Assembly (NCBI GenBank): GCA_026003075.1
Contig: BPGO01000003.1
Location: forward strand, 150,025 to 214,024
Source: Fimbriimonadales bacterium
GTDB taxonomy: Bacteria > Armatimonadota > Fimbriimonadia > Fimbriimonadales > GBS-DC
Length of the DNA stretch: 64,000 bases
Reading direction: 5' to 3'
In this document: in pieces, positions 18,691 through 30,018 of the stretch
Layout of the letters: each line of letters opens with the position of its first letter
Numbering within the stretch: position 1 is the stretch's first letter
The notes under the pieces: generated by a model
The model's database searches: none
Told to the model about the DNA's origin: nothing
What the model saw: only the letters and a program-made list of their open reading frames with translations
Translations under genes and position numbers: made by a program

Positions 18691-19011
18691 TCAGCCCCTC
18701 AACAGCGTCACCTCATCCACATCGATGCTCTCGCGTAGGCGGAACATCACGGTGATAATCCCTAAGCCGACGGCGACCTCCGCCGCGGCGATACCGAACA
18801 CGAACAGCACAAACACATGCCCCGACACCTGCGCCAGCAAATCGGTCTGGTACCGCGCAAATGCCAGAAAACTGAGGTTCACCGCGTTCAGCATCAGTTC
18901 GATACACATGAAGATCACTATCGGGTTGCGCTTAACGACCACGCCTATCGCGCCCACCACAAACAGAAACGCCGAGAGAATAAGATACGCATTCAACGGC
19001 ACTGCGCCCAT
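18691..19011 (-). CDS. nuoK: NADH-quinone oxidoreductase subunit K
   Basis: MGAVPLNAYLILSAFLFVVGAIGVVVKRNPIVIFMCIELMLNAVNLSF. Start trimmed to ATG 19011, 1 nt after the nuoJ stop. Confidence 0.9.
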   Translation of the reverse strand: MGAVPLNAYLILSAFLFVVGAIGVVVKRNPIVIFMCIELMLNAVNLSFLAFARYQTDLLAQVSGHVFVLFVFGIAAAEVAVGLGIITVMFRLRESIDVDEVTLLRG

Positions 19012-19012
19012 C

Positions 19013-19513
19013 TCAGGAAGCCCTCCTTCGCGCCAGCAGAATCGAGCCAATCACGCCCACCGTCAGCAATGCACCCATCAAGAGCAGAGGGTACGCCCAC
19101 TGCGTGAACAGCGCCAAGCCAATCACGCGCGCGGTGCCTACTTCAGGACTGGCTTGCGGTTCGCCTGGAATCAGCAACACCAGCGACTGCGTCATCAGCG
19201 TCGCCAGGATCCCGAAACCTATCAGATACGCCAGCGGGCGTTTCCAATCGCGCTCCTGGGGCATGGCGTCAGGCGAACCCAGATTCAACAGCATAATCAC
19301 GAACAGGAACAGCACCATAATCGCACCGGCGTACACAATCACCTGCAACGCGCCGATGAACTGCGCCGAGAGCGTGAAGTAAATCAGCGCGAGCGTGAAA
19401 AAGTTCAGTACCAGCAGCAGCGCGCTACGCACCGGGTTGCGCGACGCCACCACGCCGCCTGCGCTGAGGATCGCTACAATCGCCAAGATAAAGAACAGCA
19501 CTCGTTCGCCCAA
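19013..19513 (-). CDS. nuoJ: NADH-quinone oxidoreductase subunit J
   Basis: VASRNPVRSALLLVLNFFTLALIYFTLSAQFIGALQVIVYAGAIMVLFLFVIMLL. Confidence 0.9.
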   Translation of the reverse strand: MGERVLFFILAIVAILSAGGVVASRNPVRSALLLVLNFFTLALIYFTLSAQFIGALQVIVYAGAIMVLFLFVIMLLNLGSPDAMPQERDWKRPLAYLIGFGILATLMTQSLVLLIPGEPQASPEVGTARVIGLALFTQWAYPLLLMGALLTVGVIGSILLARRRAS

Positions 19514-19514
19514 C

Positions 19515-20717
19515 TTATGCCTCCTTGGGTCGGTAGGGTTGCGCCTCGCGTACCAGAATCACCTCGCGCCGATCGGGCTTGCGACTACCGAACAGCGCAA
19601 AGTAGAGCGCCACCGCCACCGCATAGCCCACCAGCGACGGAACCCAACCCCAAACCACATACACCGTCAGCAGCGCAAGGTTCACCAATCCCACCGGGAT
19701 TAGGAACCGCCAGCCGAGGTTCATAAGCTGGTCATACCGTAGGCGCAGCAGCGTGGCGCGTATCCAGAGGAAACTGAAGAACAGCCCAAACAGCTTCAGC
19801 ACGAACCACAGCGGCGGCATCAGCGCACCCGTGAGGGTCGCCAGCGCGCCCCAGAAGCCGCCCTGCTCGCCCAACGCCTGAATCGGCGAGAAGTTGATCG
19901 GCGCCAGATAACCGCCCAGAAAACAGGTAGTCATAATGCCACAGATTGCCAAAATCGCGATATACTCCCCCATAAAGAAGGCGGCGAACTTCATGCTACT
20001 ATACTCGGTCTGGTAGCCTGCCACGAGTTCACTTTCGGCTTCGGGCAGGTCAAACGGCGCGCGGTTCGTCTCGGCGAGCATACACACGAAAAACAGCGCG
20101 CCGCCCATCAGTCCCCACGGGGTGAAAATCAGCCAGTTATGCAGGAACGGCACGACGCCCCACAACGGCGCTGCCTGCATCTCCACGATTTGGGTCATGC
20201 GGAAGCTGCCCGCTGCCAGCACTGCTGTCGCCAACGCCAGCCCCATGCCCAGCTCGTAACTAATCACCTGCGCCGACGCCCGCAACCCACCCAACAGCGA
20301 GTATTTGTTGTTAGACGACCAGCCCGCCAACAGCACGCCATACGCCGCCAGCGACGACATCGCCAGAAAGTAGAGCAGCCCAATATCCACATCCGCCACA
20401 GGGGTCAGCAAGCGGTTCGGTCCCCATGGAATCGTCGCGGCCGCCACCAGCGCGGGAAACAGCGACAGCGCAGGGGCAAGCGACCAAATTAGCCGGTCGG
20501 CGCTCGCAGGCACAATCTCCTCTTTGAAAAAGAGCTTCGCCGCGTCCGCCATCGGCTGGAGCAGTCCAAACGGTCCCAATCGGTTCGGCCCAACACGGTT
20601 CTGAAACCATGCCAGCGCACGCCGCTCCAGCCAAATCACTAAGGGTAGCACGCTGAGCAAAAAGCCCAACATAATCGCGATGCGCACAATCGCCCAGCCG
20701 AAATCCGCAAGCGTCAT
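19515..20717 (-). CDS. nuoH: NADH-quinone oxidoreductase subunit H
   Basis: VIWLERRALAWFQNRVGPNRLGPFGLLQPMADAAKLFFKEEI and EAESELVAGYQTEYSSMKFAAFFMGEY. Confidence 0.9.
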   Translation of the reverse strand: MTLADFGWAIVRIAIMLGFLLSVLPLVIWLERRALAWFQNRVGPNRLGPFGLLQPMADAAKLFFKEEIVPASADRLIWSLAPALSLFPALVAAATIPWGPNRLLTPVADVDIGLLYFLAMSSLAAYGVLLAGWSSNNKYSLLGGLRASAQVISYELGMGLALATAVLAAGSFRMTQIVEMQAAPLWGVVPFLHNWLIFTPWGLMGGALFFVCMLAETNRAPFDLPEAESELVAGYQTEYSSMKFAAFFMGEYIAILAICGIMTTCFLGGYLAPINFSPIQALGEQGGFWGALATLTGALMPPLWFVLKLFGLFFSFLWIRATLLRLRYDQLMNLGWRFLIPVGLVNLALLTVYVVWGWVPSLVGYAVAVALYFALFGSRKPDRREVILVREAQPYRPKEA

Positions 20718-20728
20718 AAGCGAGGGGG

Positions 20729-20734
20729 ATTATA
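20729..20734 (-). promoter_or_regulatory. -10 box for nuoH-J-K
   Basis: Minus strand AGGTATAAT, then 11 nt, then ATG 20717. Confidence 0.5.
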
Positions 20735-20885
20735 CCTGAATTGAGTGGGATAGCATTTGGACGAGGAAGTTGCGTGGGCGAGGGATTCGGTTTTGCCTGC
20801 TCACTTTGGGCAGTGATGGTCTACTTTTTAAATCGCGCGACTGAGTTCGATACGAATCTTGCAAGGCATGGTTCTCAAACAGCCT

Positions 20886-21731
20886 CTAAATCCGCAGCGC
20901 CTCTTGCACTTTGACGACTTCTTGCACGATGGCTTGCTTTAGCCCCTCATACTGCGATTCGGAGATGCCCAGCGTTTGGCGCACGATTGGGGGTAATTCA
21001 TACAGCACGGGCGCGCCGAGCGCAAAGCCTGCCTGATGCGCCAGCACATTGGCCGCGTGGACAATGCACCCCAGCGGGCACTCCTCGAAACTCATATCCT
21101 CGTGGTGGCGACGCAGTGGGATGCGCATACTCTCAGGCAGGCTCCACTGTTCCGCTAACAGGTCGCCCACCTCCACATGCGTGTAGCCCAGCACTTCATG
21201 TTCAGCATCACTCAACGGGATAATGCGCTCAAGTGAGAGGGTGATCGCCTGATCGAATTCGTTTGCCAGGAATCGGTCCATCACTAACCTACCAGCGTCG
21301 TGCAAGAGTCCTGCGAGGAATGCCTCTTCGGGGTCGCGCCAGCCTTTGAGTTTCGCCAGCACGCGCGCGGCGGTCGCTGTTGCCAGGCTATGCTGCCAGA
21401 AGGCAAGGCGATCGAAGCGTTTGGACGCGCCGCGCACCGAGGTCATCTGTTGATAGGCTTGCCCGACGACGACCGAGCGTACCGCCGATAGCCCCATGAC
21501 TGAGATCGCCTGCGAGACGGTTTTGATTTTGCCCGGCGCACCGTAATACGCGCTGTTAGCGATTCTGAGTAGTTTGGATGCCAGTCCCGCGTCGCGCTCA
21601 ATCAGGGCGCCAATCTGTCGCGGCGACGCATTGGGATTATCGACCAGCCGTAACACTTGACTGGTCACCTGCGGTAGCATTCCCAAGCCGGGAGTCCGCG
21701 CCACCCGTATCGCCAAAGCGCTCAGTTCCAT
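20886..21731 (-). CDS. HDOD domain-containing signalling protein
   Basis: LPQVTSQVLRLVDNPNASPRQIGALIERDAGLASKLLRIANSAYYG...ISVMGL. Start moved to ATG 21731, which has SD GGAGG 8 nt upstream; the ORF-track GTG 21773 is possible. Confidence 0.8.
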   Translation of the reverse strand: MELSALAIRVARTPGLGMLPQVTSQVLRLVDNPNASPRQIGALIERDAGLASKLLRIANSAYYGAPGKIKTVSQAISVMGLSAVRSVVVGQAYQQMTSVRGASKRFDRLAFWQHSLATATAARVLAKLKGWRDPEEAFLAGLLHDAGRLVMDRFLANEFDQAITLSLERIIPLSDAEHEVLGYTHVEVGDLLAEQWSLPESMRIPLRRHHEDMSFEECPLGCIVHAANVLAHQAGFALGAPVLYELPPIVRQTLGISESQYEGLKQAIVQEVVKVQEALRI

Positions 21732-21822
21732 CGTTTCCGCCTCCAACGGGAGTTTTTCCACAGATGCACCCACAGCGTCTCCGCAGGAATACGGTGATGA
21801 AATGGAACGCGGCGCCGACGGC

Positions 21823-23553
21823 TCAGTTCGCCAGCATGCCTTCTTTGGTGTCTTGCAGCATCTGATAGTGTCGTGCGCGACACTGGTTCATCAGGCGCAG
21901 GCGTTGCTCGTTGTCTACGCCCAGCAGGCGCATGACCCTGCTCGCGATTTCGATGAAAGTTTCAAACTCTTCGGGCACCACATCGGTCGCGCCTGCAGCA
22001 TAGAGCGGTTCGATTTCGGACATATAACGGGTGCGCACAATCACATACACATCGGGGTTCAATTCGCGAATGGTGCGCACGGTATAGCGCGCGCTGATGG
22101 GGTCAGACACGGCAATCACGACCGCACGGGCGCGTTCGATGCCCGCCGCTTGCATGATTTCGGGATGCGCCGCATCGCCATACACGACAGGAATCCCCTG
22201 TTTCTGCGCTTCGCGCACGAGCGCACCATTCATTTCGACCACCACAAACGGCTCGTCCAGTTCACGTAGCATGCTTGCGAGGTTGCGCCCGTTCAACCCG
22301 AAGCCAACGATAATAATATGGTCGCGGAGTTGGGGATGTGCGTCGTGCTTCGCGCGCATTTGAGCGAGCCAATGCGCCCGTTTGGTGGCGCGCGCCAGCA
22401 GTTGATAGGCGGCTGCCAGCAGAATCGGTGTCAGCAAGATGCTCAACGAAGTGCCGGCTATCAAGCCGTTGAGCAGTTCAGGAGGCAGTAGTTGGTTGGC
22501 GCGGCTTTGTTCCATCAAGACGAACGAGAACTCCCCGATGTTCGCCAGCACTAACCCCGCCAATAACCCCATACGCAGCGGACGCCGGATCACCAGCGCG
22601 ACTCCCAGCACCAGCAGACACTTGAACGCCATCAGCCCGACCGTCCACAGCAGGGTCTGCGCCCAAGTCTGCTTGAGGTAGGGTAAATCCACCAGCATCC
22701 CCACCGAGATAAAGAACACAGCCAGAAAACTATCCCGAAACGGGGTAATGTTCGCCGTGATTTGGTGGCTGTAAGGCGTTTCGGAGATAATCACCCCTGC
22801 CACGAACGCCCCCAGGGCTGGTGATAGCCCCAACGATTGTGTGATATAGCTCATCAATAGGGCAATAAACAGCGAACCAAGCACGGGAATCTCGCGCGAT
22901 TCGGTAGAGGTAATCCAGCGTAGCAGCGTCGGCACAATCGCACGCGCTGCGACATAGATTCCCACCCCACCGATCACAGTGAGCGCCAGCTTCGTCGCCA
23001 CTGCGGCGACTCCGCGCTCTTGAAACTGCGTCAAAAACGGCAGCACCGCCATAAACACGGGCGCCATGATGTCCTGAAACAGCAGCACGCCCACCGCGAA
23101 CCGTCCATGCGTGCTGTCCAGCTCCTCGCGCTGCTTGAGGAGTTTGATCCCGACCGCTGTACTGCTGAGACTGATAATCATCCCCAACGCGATTGCCTGA
23201 GCGAAATTGAAGCCCAGCAGTCCTGCCCCCAGCGCGCTGATGAGGGTTGTAAGCCCCACCTGCGCGACGCCCGCTCGCAGCACATAGTGGCGCAGCTGGA
23301 TGAGTTTGTCGATGGAGAACTCCACGCCCAGCGAGAAGAGCAGCAGCGCGACGCCCAGCTCTGCCAGCAGTTTAATCGCCTCTGCCTCGCCTGCCCAGCC
23401 TAACCCATAAGGACCAATCAACGCGCCCGTGAGGATGAACCCCACCACCGACGGCAGGCGCAGCCGCGCAAACAGCGCCACAATCACGATGCTGACGCCA
23501 ATAACCAGGAGGATACTCTCCGCAAGGTGGGAAGCAGGCGTTCCTTCTGCCAC
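21823..23553 (-). CDS. Monovalent cation:proton antiporter-2 (Kef-type) with C-terminal TrkA-N/RCK domain
   Basis: About 12 TM segments, then HIIIVGFGLNGRNLASML (Rossmann). Start is uncertain. GTG 23553 is preferred because AGGTACAAT ends 8 nt upstream and it avoids overlap with the upstream gene; alternatives are TTG 23586 and ATG 23622. Confidence 0.8.
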   Translation of the reverse strand: MAEGTPASHLAESILLVIGVSIVIVALFARLRLPSVVGFILTGALIGPYGLGWAGEAEAIKLLAELGVALLLFSLGVEFSIDKLIQLRHYVLRAGVAQVGLTTLISALGAGLLGFNFAQAIALGMIISLSSTAVGIKLLKQREELDSTHGRFAVGVLLFQDIMAPVFMAVLPFLTQFQERGVAAVATKLALTVIGGVGIYVAARAIVPTLLRWITSTESREIPVLGSLFIALLMSYITQSLGLSPALGAFVAGVIISETPYSHQITANITPFRDSFLAVFFISVGMLVDLPYLKQTWAQTLLWTVGLMAFKCLLVLGVALVIRRPLRMGLLAGLVLANIGEFSFVLMEQSRANQLLPPELLNGLIAGTSLSILLTPILLAAAYQLLARATKRAHWLAQMRAKHDAHPQLRDHIIIVGFGLNGRNLASMLRELDEPFVVVEMNGALVREAQKQGIPVVYGDAAHPEIMQAAGIERARAVVIAVSDPISARYTVRTIRELNPDVYVIVRTRYMSEIEPLYAAGATDVVPEEFETFIEIASRVMRLLGVDNEQRLRLMNQCRARHYQMLQDTKEGMLAN

Positions 23554-23561
23554 AGTGGCGA

Positions 23562-23567
23562 ATTGTA
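23562..23567 (-). promoter_or_regulatory. -10 box for the Kef-type antiporter
   Basis: Minus strand AGGTACAAT, then 8 nt, then GTG 23553. Confidence 0.4.
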
Positions 23568-23593
23568 CCTGAATGGATCCCCTCAACGCCGGT

Positions 23594-25210
23594 TCATGCG
23601 TTGAGTGCCGTCCAGACGGCATCGAAGAGCGGCGCGTAGGGCTTTGGCTCGACCATCACAGGCGTCGTTTGGGTTAGCGCCGCCAGGTCAGCAGCCCAGC
23701 CCGCGAGTCGGCGACGCACATGCTCATGGTACAGCGCGGTCATCGCCTGATGCAGGGGGTTCCGTGTTTGTCGTGCGCGCGCATGCGCCGAGTCCAGCAA
23801 GTAGAGGGCAATGAGTGCGTCTGCAAGGGGCTCCACCAGTGCCTGAGGCGGCTCTGGAGACGCTTGCAACGCCTCCAAGGCGCGCCCCAGAATTCCACGC
23901 AACGATTCCAGCGTCGCATCTACGGTGTCAGTCGATGATTCCACGACGGGCGCAGGTGCCCAGATGCCCTTGCGCCGCGCATAGATGAGCCGCTCCACCA
24001 GGTTCAAGCGATTGATTTCGTTCGTGCCTTCGTAGATGCGGTTCACGCGCGTATCCCGATAGAGCGCGGCGATGGGGTACTCCTCGCTGAAGCCGTAGCC
24101 GCCGTGAATTTGCAGGGCATCGTCCACAATCTGGTGCAGCGCTTCGGTCGCTGCCACTTTGAGCAAGGCACATTCAGCCGCGTAGTGCGCAGCAGCGTCG
24201 CGCCAGACCTGTTGGCGATCCACCCCCTCCGCGCCGAATGCCTGCTCCAAATCGTCCGCCAATCGATAAAGCGCGCTCTCCACCCCATACATCAGGGTTG
24301 CCCCCCATGCGAGCTTGCGCCAGATAAGAGGGTACTCGATAATCGTGCGTCCGAACTGTTTGCGTTCGGCAGCGTAGTCGCGTCCGATGCGCCAAGCCTC
24401 CTTCGCGATGCCCAGCGCAGCGGCGCCAATCTTGAACCGCCCCAGATTCAGCGTGTAGAGCGCGACATAAGCCCCCTCGCCCTCCGCGCCCAGCCGATTA
24501 CGCACTGGCACTGCGACCTCATCGAACACCACGCGGCATGTAGAAGAGCCGTGCAAGCCGAGTTTATGCTCCTCCCGCTCAACGAGCAGTCCGGGGGCGC
24601 GCTCGACCAGGAACGCTGTGAACCGCTCGCCGTCCACCTTCGCAAAAGTCACGAACAGGTCAGCAAAGCCTGCGTTCGTAATCCAGATTTTGTTGCCCGT
24701 GAGGAAGTAAGAATCGCCTTTGCGCGTTGCGCGGGTGCGTCCTGACAGGGCATCGGAGCCTGCTTCTGGCTCGGTGAGCGCATACGCGCCAATCAACTCG
24801 CCTGTGGTGAGTCGGGGCAGATAGTGCGCCTGCTGCTCGTGGCTGCCGAATAGGAGAATGGGGAGGCTGCCCACGCTGGTATGCACTGCATGCGACACGG
24901 CAAATGAAGGCTGCAGCGCCGTCTTTTCGGTGATCAGCGCGGAGGTGGTTTTCGGCAGTCCCAGCCCGCCATATTCTTGCGGGATATCGATGCCCAGCAG
25001 TCCCAGCATGGCGGAGTCGATGAGGATTTCGCGCATCTGGGCGTTTTCGCCGTGTTCGAGGCGTTTGACATAGGGCATCACCTGCTCCCGAACGAATCGC
25101 TCGGTCGCTTCCGCCATCTGGCGCGATTCGGCATCGAACTGCTCAGGCGTGAATAGCAGCGTGGGCGTCGCGTGTAGAAACGCCCCCGTATGGCGCATCG
25201 TCGCTTCCAT
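23594..25210 (-). CDS. Acyl-CoA dehydrogenase family protein (long form, 538 aa)
   Basis: ACAD N, middle and C domains: GAYALTEPEAGSDA, IWITNAGFADLFVTFAKV, QIHGGYGFSEEYPIAALYRDTRVNRIYEGTNEI. Confidence 0.85.
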   Translation of the reverse strand: MEATMRHTGAFLHATPTLLFTPEQFDAESRQMAEATERFVREQVMPYVKRLEHGENAQMREILIDSAMLGLLGIDIPQEYGGLGLPKTTSALITEKTALQPSFAVSHAVHTSVGSLPILLFGSHEQQAHYLPRLTTGELIGAYALTEPEAGSDALSGRTRATRKGDSYFLTGNKIWITNAGFADLFVTFAKVDGERFTAFLVERAPGLLVEREEHKLGLHGSSTCRVVFDEVAVPVRNRLGAEGEGAYVALYTLNLGRFKIGAAALGIAKEAWRIGRDYAAERKQFGRTIIEYPLIWRKLAWGATLMYGVESALYRLADDLEQAFGAEGVDRQQVWRDAAAHYAAECALLKVAATEALHQIVDDALQIHGGYGFSEEYPIAALYRDTRVNRIYEGTNEINRLNLVERLIYARRKGIWAPAPVVESSTDTVDATLESLRGILGRALEALQASPEPPQALVEPLADALIALYLLDSAHARARQTRNPLHQAMTALYHEHVRRRLAGWAADLAALTQTTPVMVEPKPYAPLFDAVWTALNA

Positions 25211-25217
25211 AAGTCTA

Positions 25218-25223
25218 AGGATA
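25218..25223 (-). promoter_or_regulatory. -10 box for the acyl-CoA dehydrogenase (leaderless geometry)
   Basis: Minus strand AGGTATCCT, then 7 nt, then ATG 25210. Confidence 0.45.
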
Positions 25224-25238
25224 CCTTACCTACCCCCC

Positions 25239-25268
25239 TTGAATCGAAGCCTCGAAATGTGCTACAAT
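25239..25268 (+). promoter_or_regulatory. clpC promoter: -35 TTGAAT, 18-nt spacer, extended -10 TGCTACAAT
   Basis: -35 at 25239-25244, TG at 25260-25261, -10 at 25263-25268. Gives a leader of ~140 nt. Confidence 0.55.
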
Positions 25269-25342
25269 ATAGGCGGGGAGAAAAGCAGACTCTGCCGCCG
25301 ATAATTCGGTGCAGTCGCTCCCTGTGAAACTTTGGAGACTGT

Positions 25343-25413
25343 ATGGAAACATTCTATGGATACACTGATGTCCAAACCTATGTCGGCGTGAACGCCGCGC
25401 TGGAGGGTCGAGC

Positions 25414-25417
<4 letters not shown>
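25343..25417 (+). other. Candidate 24-codon upstream ORF in the clpC leader ([24 protein letters not shown])
   Basis: ATG 25343 is preceded by GGAG. Its TGA (25415-25417) overlaps the clpC ATG 25414 as ATGA. It lies inside the ~140-nt leader defined by the predicted clpC promoter. Confidence 0.25.
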
Positions 25418-27906
<2,489 letters not shown>

Positions 27907-27919
27907 GCGACGCAATGAC

Positions 27920-27955
27920 CACCCCTTCCCTCCTCGCTCAAAGGGGGAAGGGGTG
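27920..27955 (+). terminator. GC-rich hairpin after clpC (no U-tract)
   Basis: 11-bp perfect stem CACCCCTTCCC (27920-27930) / GGGAAGGGGTG (27945-27955), 14 nt after the clpC stop. Confidence 0.45.
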
Positions 27956-27978
27956 AAAAGACCCTCCACCGTTTGAGG

Positions 27979-27984
27979 TACAAT
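27979..27984 (+). promoter_or_regulatory. -10 box for tlpA-dapF (leaderless geometry)
   Basis: AGGTACAAT, then 9 nt, then ATG 27994. Confidence 0.5.
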
Positions 27985-27993
27985 ACCGCCACT

Positions 27994-28482
27994 ATGCGTA
28001 AGTTCTGGCTGTGCGTCGCTGTCGCGACCCTTGGGATGAGTGTGATTGCCGACCCGGCACTGCCTCGCACCAACGCTCGCGATCTAAAGCAGCGTATCCA
28101 GCGCCACAAAGGGAAAGTGGTTATCGTGAACTTTTGGGCAACCTGGTGCGGACCGTGTATGGAAGAGCTGCCCGACTTAGCGCGATTCTATCAAAACTAT
28201 CATCGTCAGGGCGTGGAGATGATCGGAGTCTCCTTCGATGACATAGAGACCGCCGACCAGACCGTGCCGCCCGTGTTGCGCAAGCACAATGTGCGCTACC
28301 CCATCGTGGTCATGGCACAAGATTACGATCAGTTCGCCGACCAGTTCGACAAAGCGTGGCGCGGTGAAGTCCCCCGATTCTACCTATACGATAAGCAGGG
28401 CAAGCGTGTGAAGGCGTGGTCGGGGAAGACCAAATACGACACGCTGGAGCGCGAAGTCAAAGCACTGTTAGGCAAAAAGTGA
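27994..28482 (+). CDS. TlpA/ResA-like thiol:disulfide oxidoreductase (thioredoxin fold)
   Basis: VVIVNFWATWCGPCMEELPDL (CGPC). Has a signal peptide. Start set at ATG 27994, with AGGTACAAT ending 9 nt upstream. Confidence 0.8.
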   Translation: MRKFWLCVAVATLGMSVIADPALPRTNARDLKQRIQRHKGKVVIVNFWATWCGPCMEELPDLARFYQNYHRQGVEMIGVSFDDIETADQTVPPVLRKHNVRYPIVVMAQDYDQFADQFDKAWRGEVPRFYLYDKQGKRVKAWSGKTKYDTLEREVKALLGKK

Positions 28483-29324
28483 GCCCCCAACTGGTGCCCT
28501 TCCGTAAGATGGAGGGCGTGGGCAACGACTTCGTCCTCATCGAGGCGGACGCGGTGCAGGGACGAGACCTGAGCGAATTGGCGCAGCGCCTTTGCCACCG
28601 CCCATTCGGAATCGGCGCGGATGGCTTACTCGTGGTCGAGCGCGGCACACGCACGCCTGTGCGCATGCGCATGTTCAACCCCGATGGCACCGAGGATTTC
28701 TGCGGCAATGGCTTACGCTGCGCGGCGCGATTCGCCTATGAACATGGCTACACGAGTTCAACCGAGTTCGCTATCGAGACGCTCGGTGGGCAAAGCGTGC
28801 CCGTACAGATCCATCTGCGCGAGGGAAGCGTGGACGCGATTACAACCGTACTCCCGCCGCCGCGTTTCCACCCACGCGACATCCCCGCGCTCGCCGACGG
28901 CGAAGTGATTGAAGATTTTCCCATCACGGTCGCGGGGCACTCCCTACGCATTGCGTGTGTCAATACGGGCACAACCCACACGGTTATTTTTGACGCGACG
29001 CTGCCTGACGACGCGCTCTTTCAAGCGGTCAGCCCCCGTCTGGAAACACACCCCATGTTTCCCGAGCGTACCAGCGTTTTGTGGGCGGTTGTGGCGTCGC
29101 GCGATGAGGTTCGGGTGCGTATTTGGGAGCGTGGGGTCGGCGAAACGCTGGGCTGTGGCAGCGGTGCTGCAGCGGTTGGGGTATTAGCCCATCGCGCCGG
29201 CTGGACGGAGCCTGAGGTTAGTGTCGTATCCCCAGGAGGCAGCTTGAAAGTCAAGTCCACTGAGAGCGGTATCGTGCTTACAGGGCAAGCCAATACCCTC
29301 TTTGAAGGCGTGTTTTACCTCTAA
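28479..29324 (+). CDS. dapF: Diaminopimelate epimerase
   Basis: FRKMEGVGNDFVLIE, FNPDGTEDFCGNGLRC, ERGVGETLGCGSGAAA. The GTG 28479 start overlaps the tlpA stop (GTGA); the ORF-track start 28416 is judged an extension. Confidence 0.85.
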   Translation: MSPQLVPFRKMEGVGNDFVLIEADAVQGRDLSELAQRLCHRPFGIGADGLLVVERGTRTPVRMRMFNPDGTEDFCGNGLRCAARFAYEHGYTSSTEFAIETLGGQSVPVQIHLREGSVDAITTVLPPPRFHPRDIPALADGEVIEDFPITVAGHSLRIACVNTGTTHTVIFDATLPDDALFQAVSPRLETHPMFPERTSVLWAVVASRDEVRVRIWERGVGETLGCGSGAAAVGVLAHRAGWTEPEVSVVSPGGSLKVKSTESGIVLTGQANTLFEGVFYL

Positions 29325-29365
29325 ACGCAAAAGGAGGGAGCGCGTCATAGGCACTGCCTCCCTCC
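29325..29365 (-). terminator. Terminator hairpin after the small lipoprotein gene (also just after convergent dapF)
   Basis: 8-bp stem GGAGGGAG/CTCCCTCC (29333-29340 / 29358-29365). On the minus strand it is followed by TTTTGCGTTT. Confidence 0.55.
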
Positions 29366-29386
29366 CTCTCGTCATCAGACAGCCGC

Positions 29387-29647
29387 TTATTGACCGCCGC
29401 CTGTCTGGCCGCCTTCGGTCGTGCTGGTACCGCTGTGACCACCTTCGGTCGTGCCAGTACCGCTCTGACCGCCTTCAGTGGTGCCAGTACCGCTACCTTC
29501 AGCAGGCTGTGCAGGCTGACCTTCCGGTGCGCCGCTCGTGGCAGCAGGCTGCTCACCCGAGGTCTGCTCCTGCGAGCCGCACGCGCTCAACGCCAGAGAC
29601 GCGGTCAGCGCCAACAGCGACAGACCGAACATCATCCACTTCTTCAT
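29387..29647 (-). CDS. Small secreted lipoprotein with low-complexity G/T/E/Q repeats
   Basis: Signal peptide with lipobox (LALSAC). SD AGGAGG, a GGGTATAAT promoter and a downstream terminator. Decapeptide repeats of GTGTTEGGQS type. Confidence 0.6.
   Translation of the reverse strand: MKKWMMFGLSLLALTASLALSACGSQEQTSGEQPAATSGAPEGQPAQPAEGSGTGTTEGGQSGTGTTEGGHSGTSTTEGGQTGGGQ
29411..29500 (-). repeat. Three imperfect 30-bp tandem repeats inside the small lipoprotein gene
   Basis: Units 29411-29440, 29441-29470 and 29471-29500 (gccttcggtcgtgctggtaccgctgtgacc and variants) encode a G-T-G/S-T-T-E-G-G-Q/H-S decapeptide. Confidence 0.85.
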
Positions 29648-29691
29648 GTTAACCTCCTCTAAGTGTAATGTGCGCGTAATGCGCTGTAGGT

Positions 29692-29697
29692 ATTATA
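29692..29697 (-). promoter_or_regulatory. -10 box for the small lipoprotein gene
   Basis: Minus strand GGGTATAAT, 44 nt before ATG 29647, with SD AGGAGG. Confidence 0.55.
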
Positions 29698-29726
29698 CCC
29701 AGTCTATCCCCACGAATCAAGGGGGG

Positions 29727-29963
29727 TCAGAAATTGGGCTGCATCATCTGTGCGCCTTGCCCCGGTTGTCCGGGCTGCCCCGGTTGTCCGCCTGTGGGTG
29801 GGACAGCAGAAGGCATCGTTGTTGGATTGCTGGTTGTCGCAGGGGGGGGCGGGGGCGCAGGTTCGGGACGCACGAATATCCAGTAGCCAATTCCTATCAC
29901 AATCGCAACCAATACAACAATAATCACCGTCGCAACCGGTTTCGGTATTTCTTGTTTCATCAT
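29727..29963 (-). CDS. Small single-TM proline-rich protein
   Basis: 78 aa with TM VATVIIVVLVAIVIGIGYWIF, then PPPPPATT...GGQPGQPGQPGQG. SD GAGGGAGGG. Lies directly downstream of the prepilin gene. Confidence 0.5.
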   Translation of the reverse strand: MMKQEIPKPVATVIIVVLVAIVIGIGYWIFVRPEPAPPPPPATTSNPTTMPSAVPPTGGQPGQPGQPGQGAQMMQPNF

Positions 29964-29980
29964 TCCCTCCCTCGTTGCGA

Positions 29981-30006
29981 GGGGCGGCGATATTTATCGC
30001 CGCCCC
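29981..30006 (-). terminator. Intercistronic 12-bp perfect palindromic hairpin between the prepilin gene and the downstream small ORF (attenuator or stabiliser candidate)
   Basis: GGGGCGGCGATA-TT-TATCGCCGCCCC. No U-tract on the minus strand. Confidence 0.45.
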
Positions 30007-30018
30007 AATATGGATTGT

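Noticed and set aside
18443-19726. 427-aa plus-strand ORF across nuoK/nuoJ/nuoH
   Set aside because: It is antisense to three well-supported complex I subunits. The translation is R/H/Q/P/T-rich low complexity.
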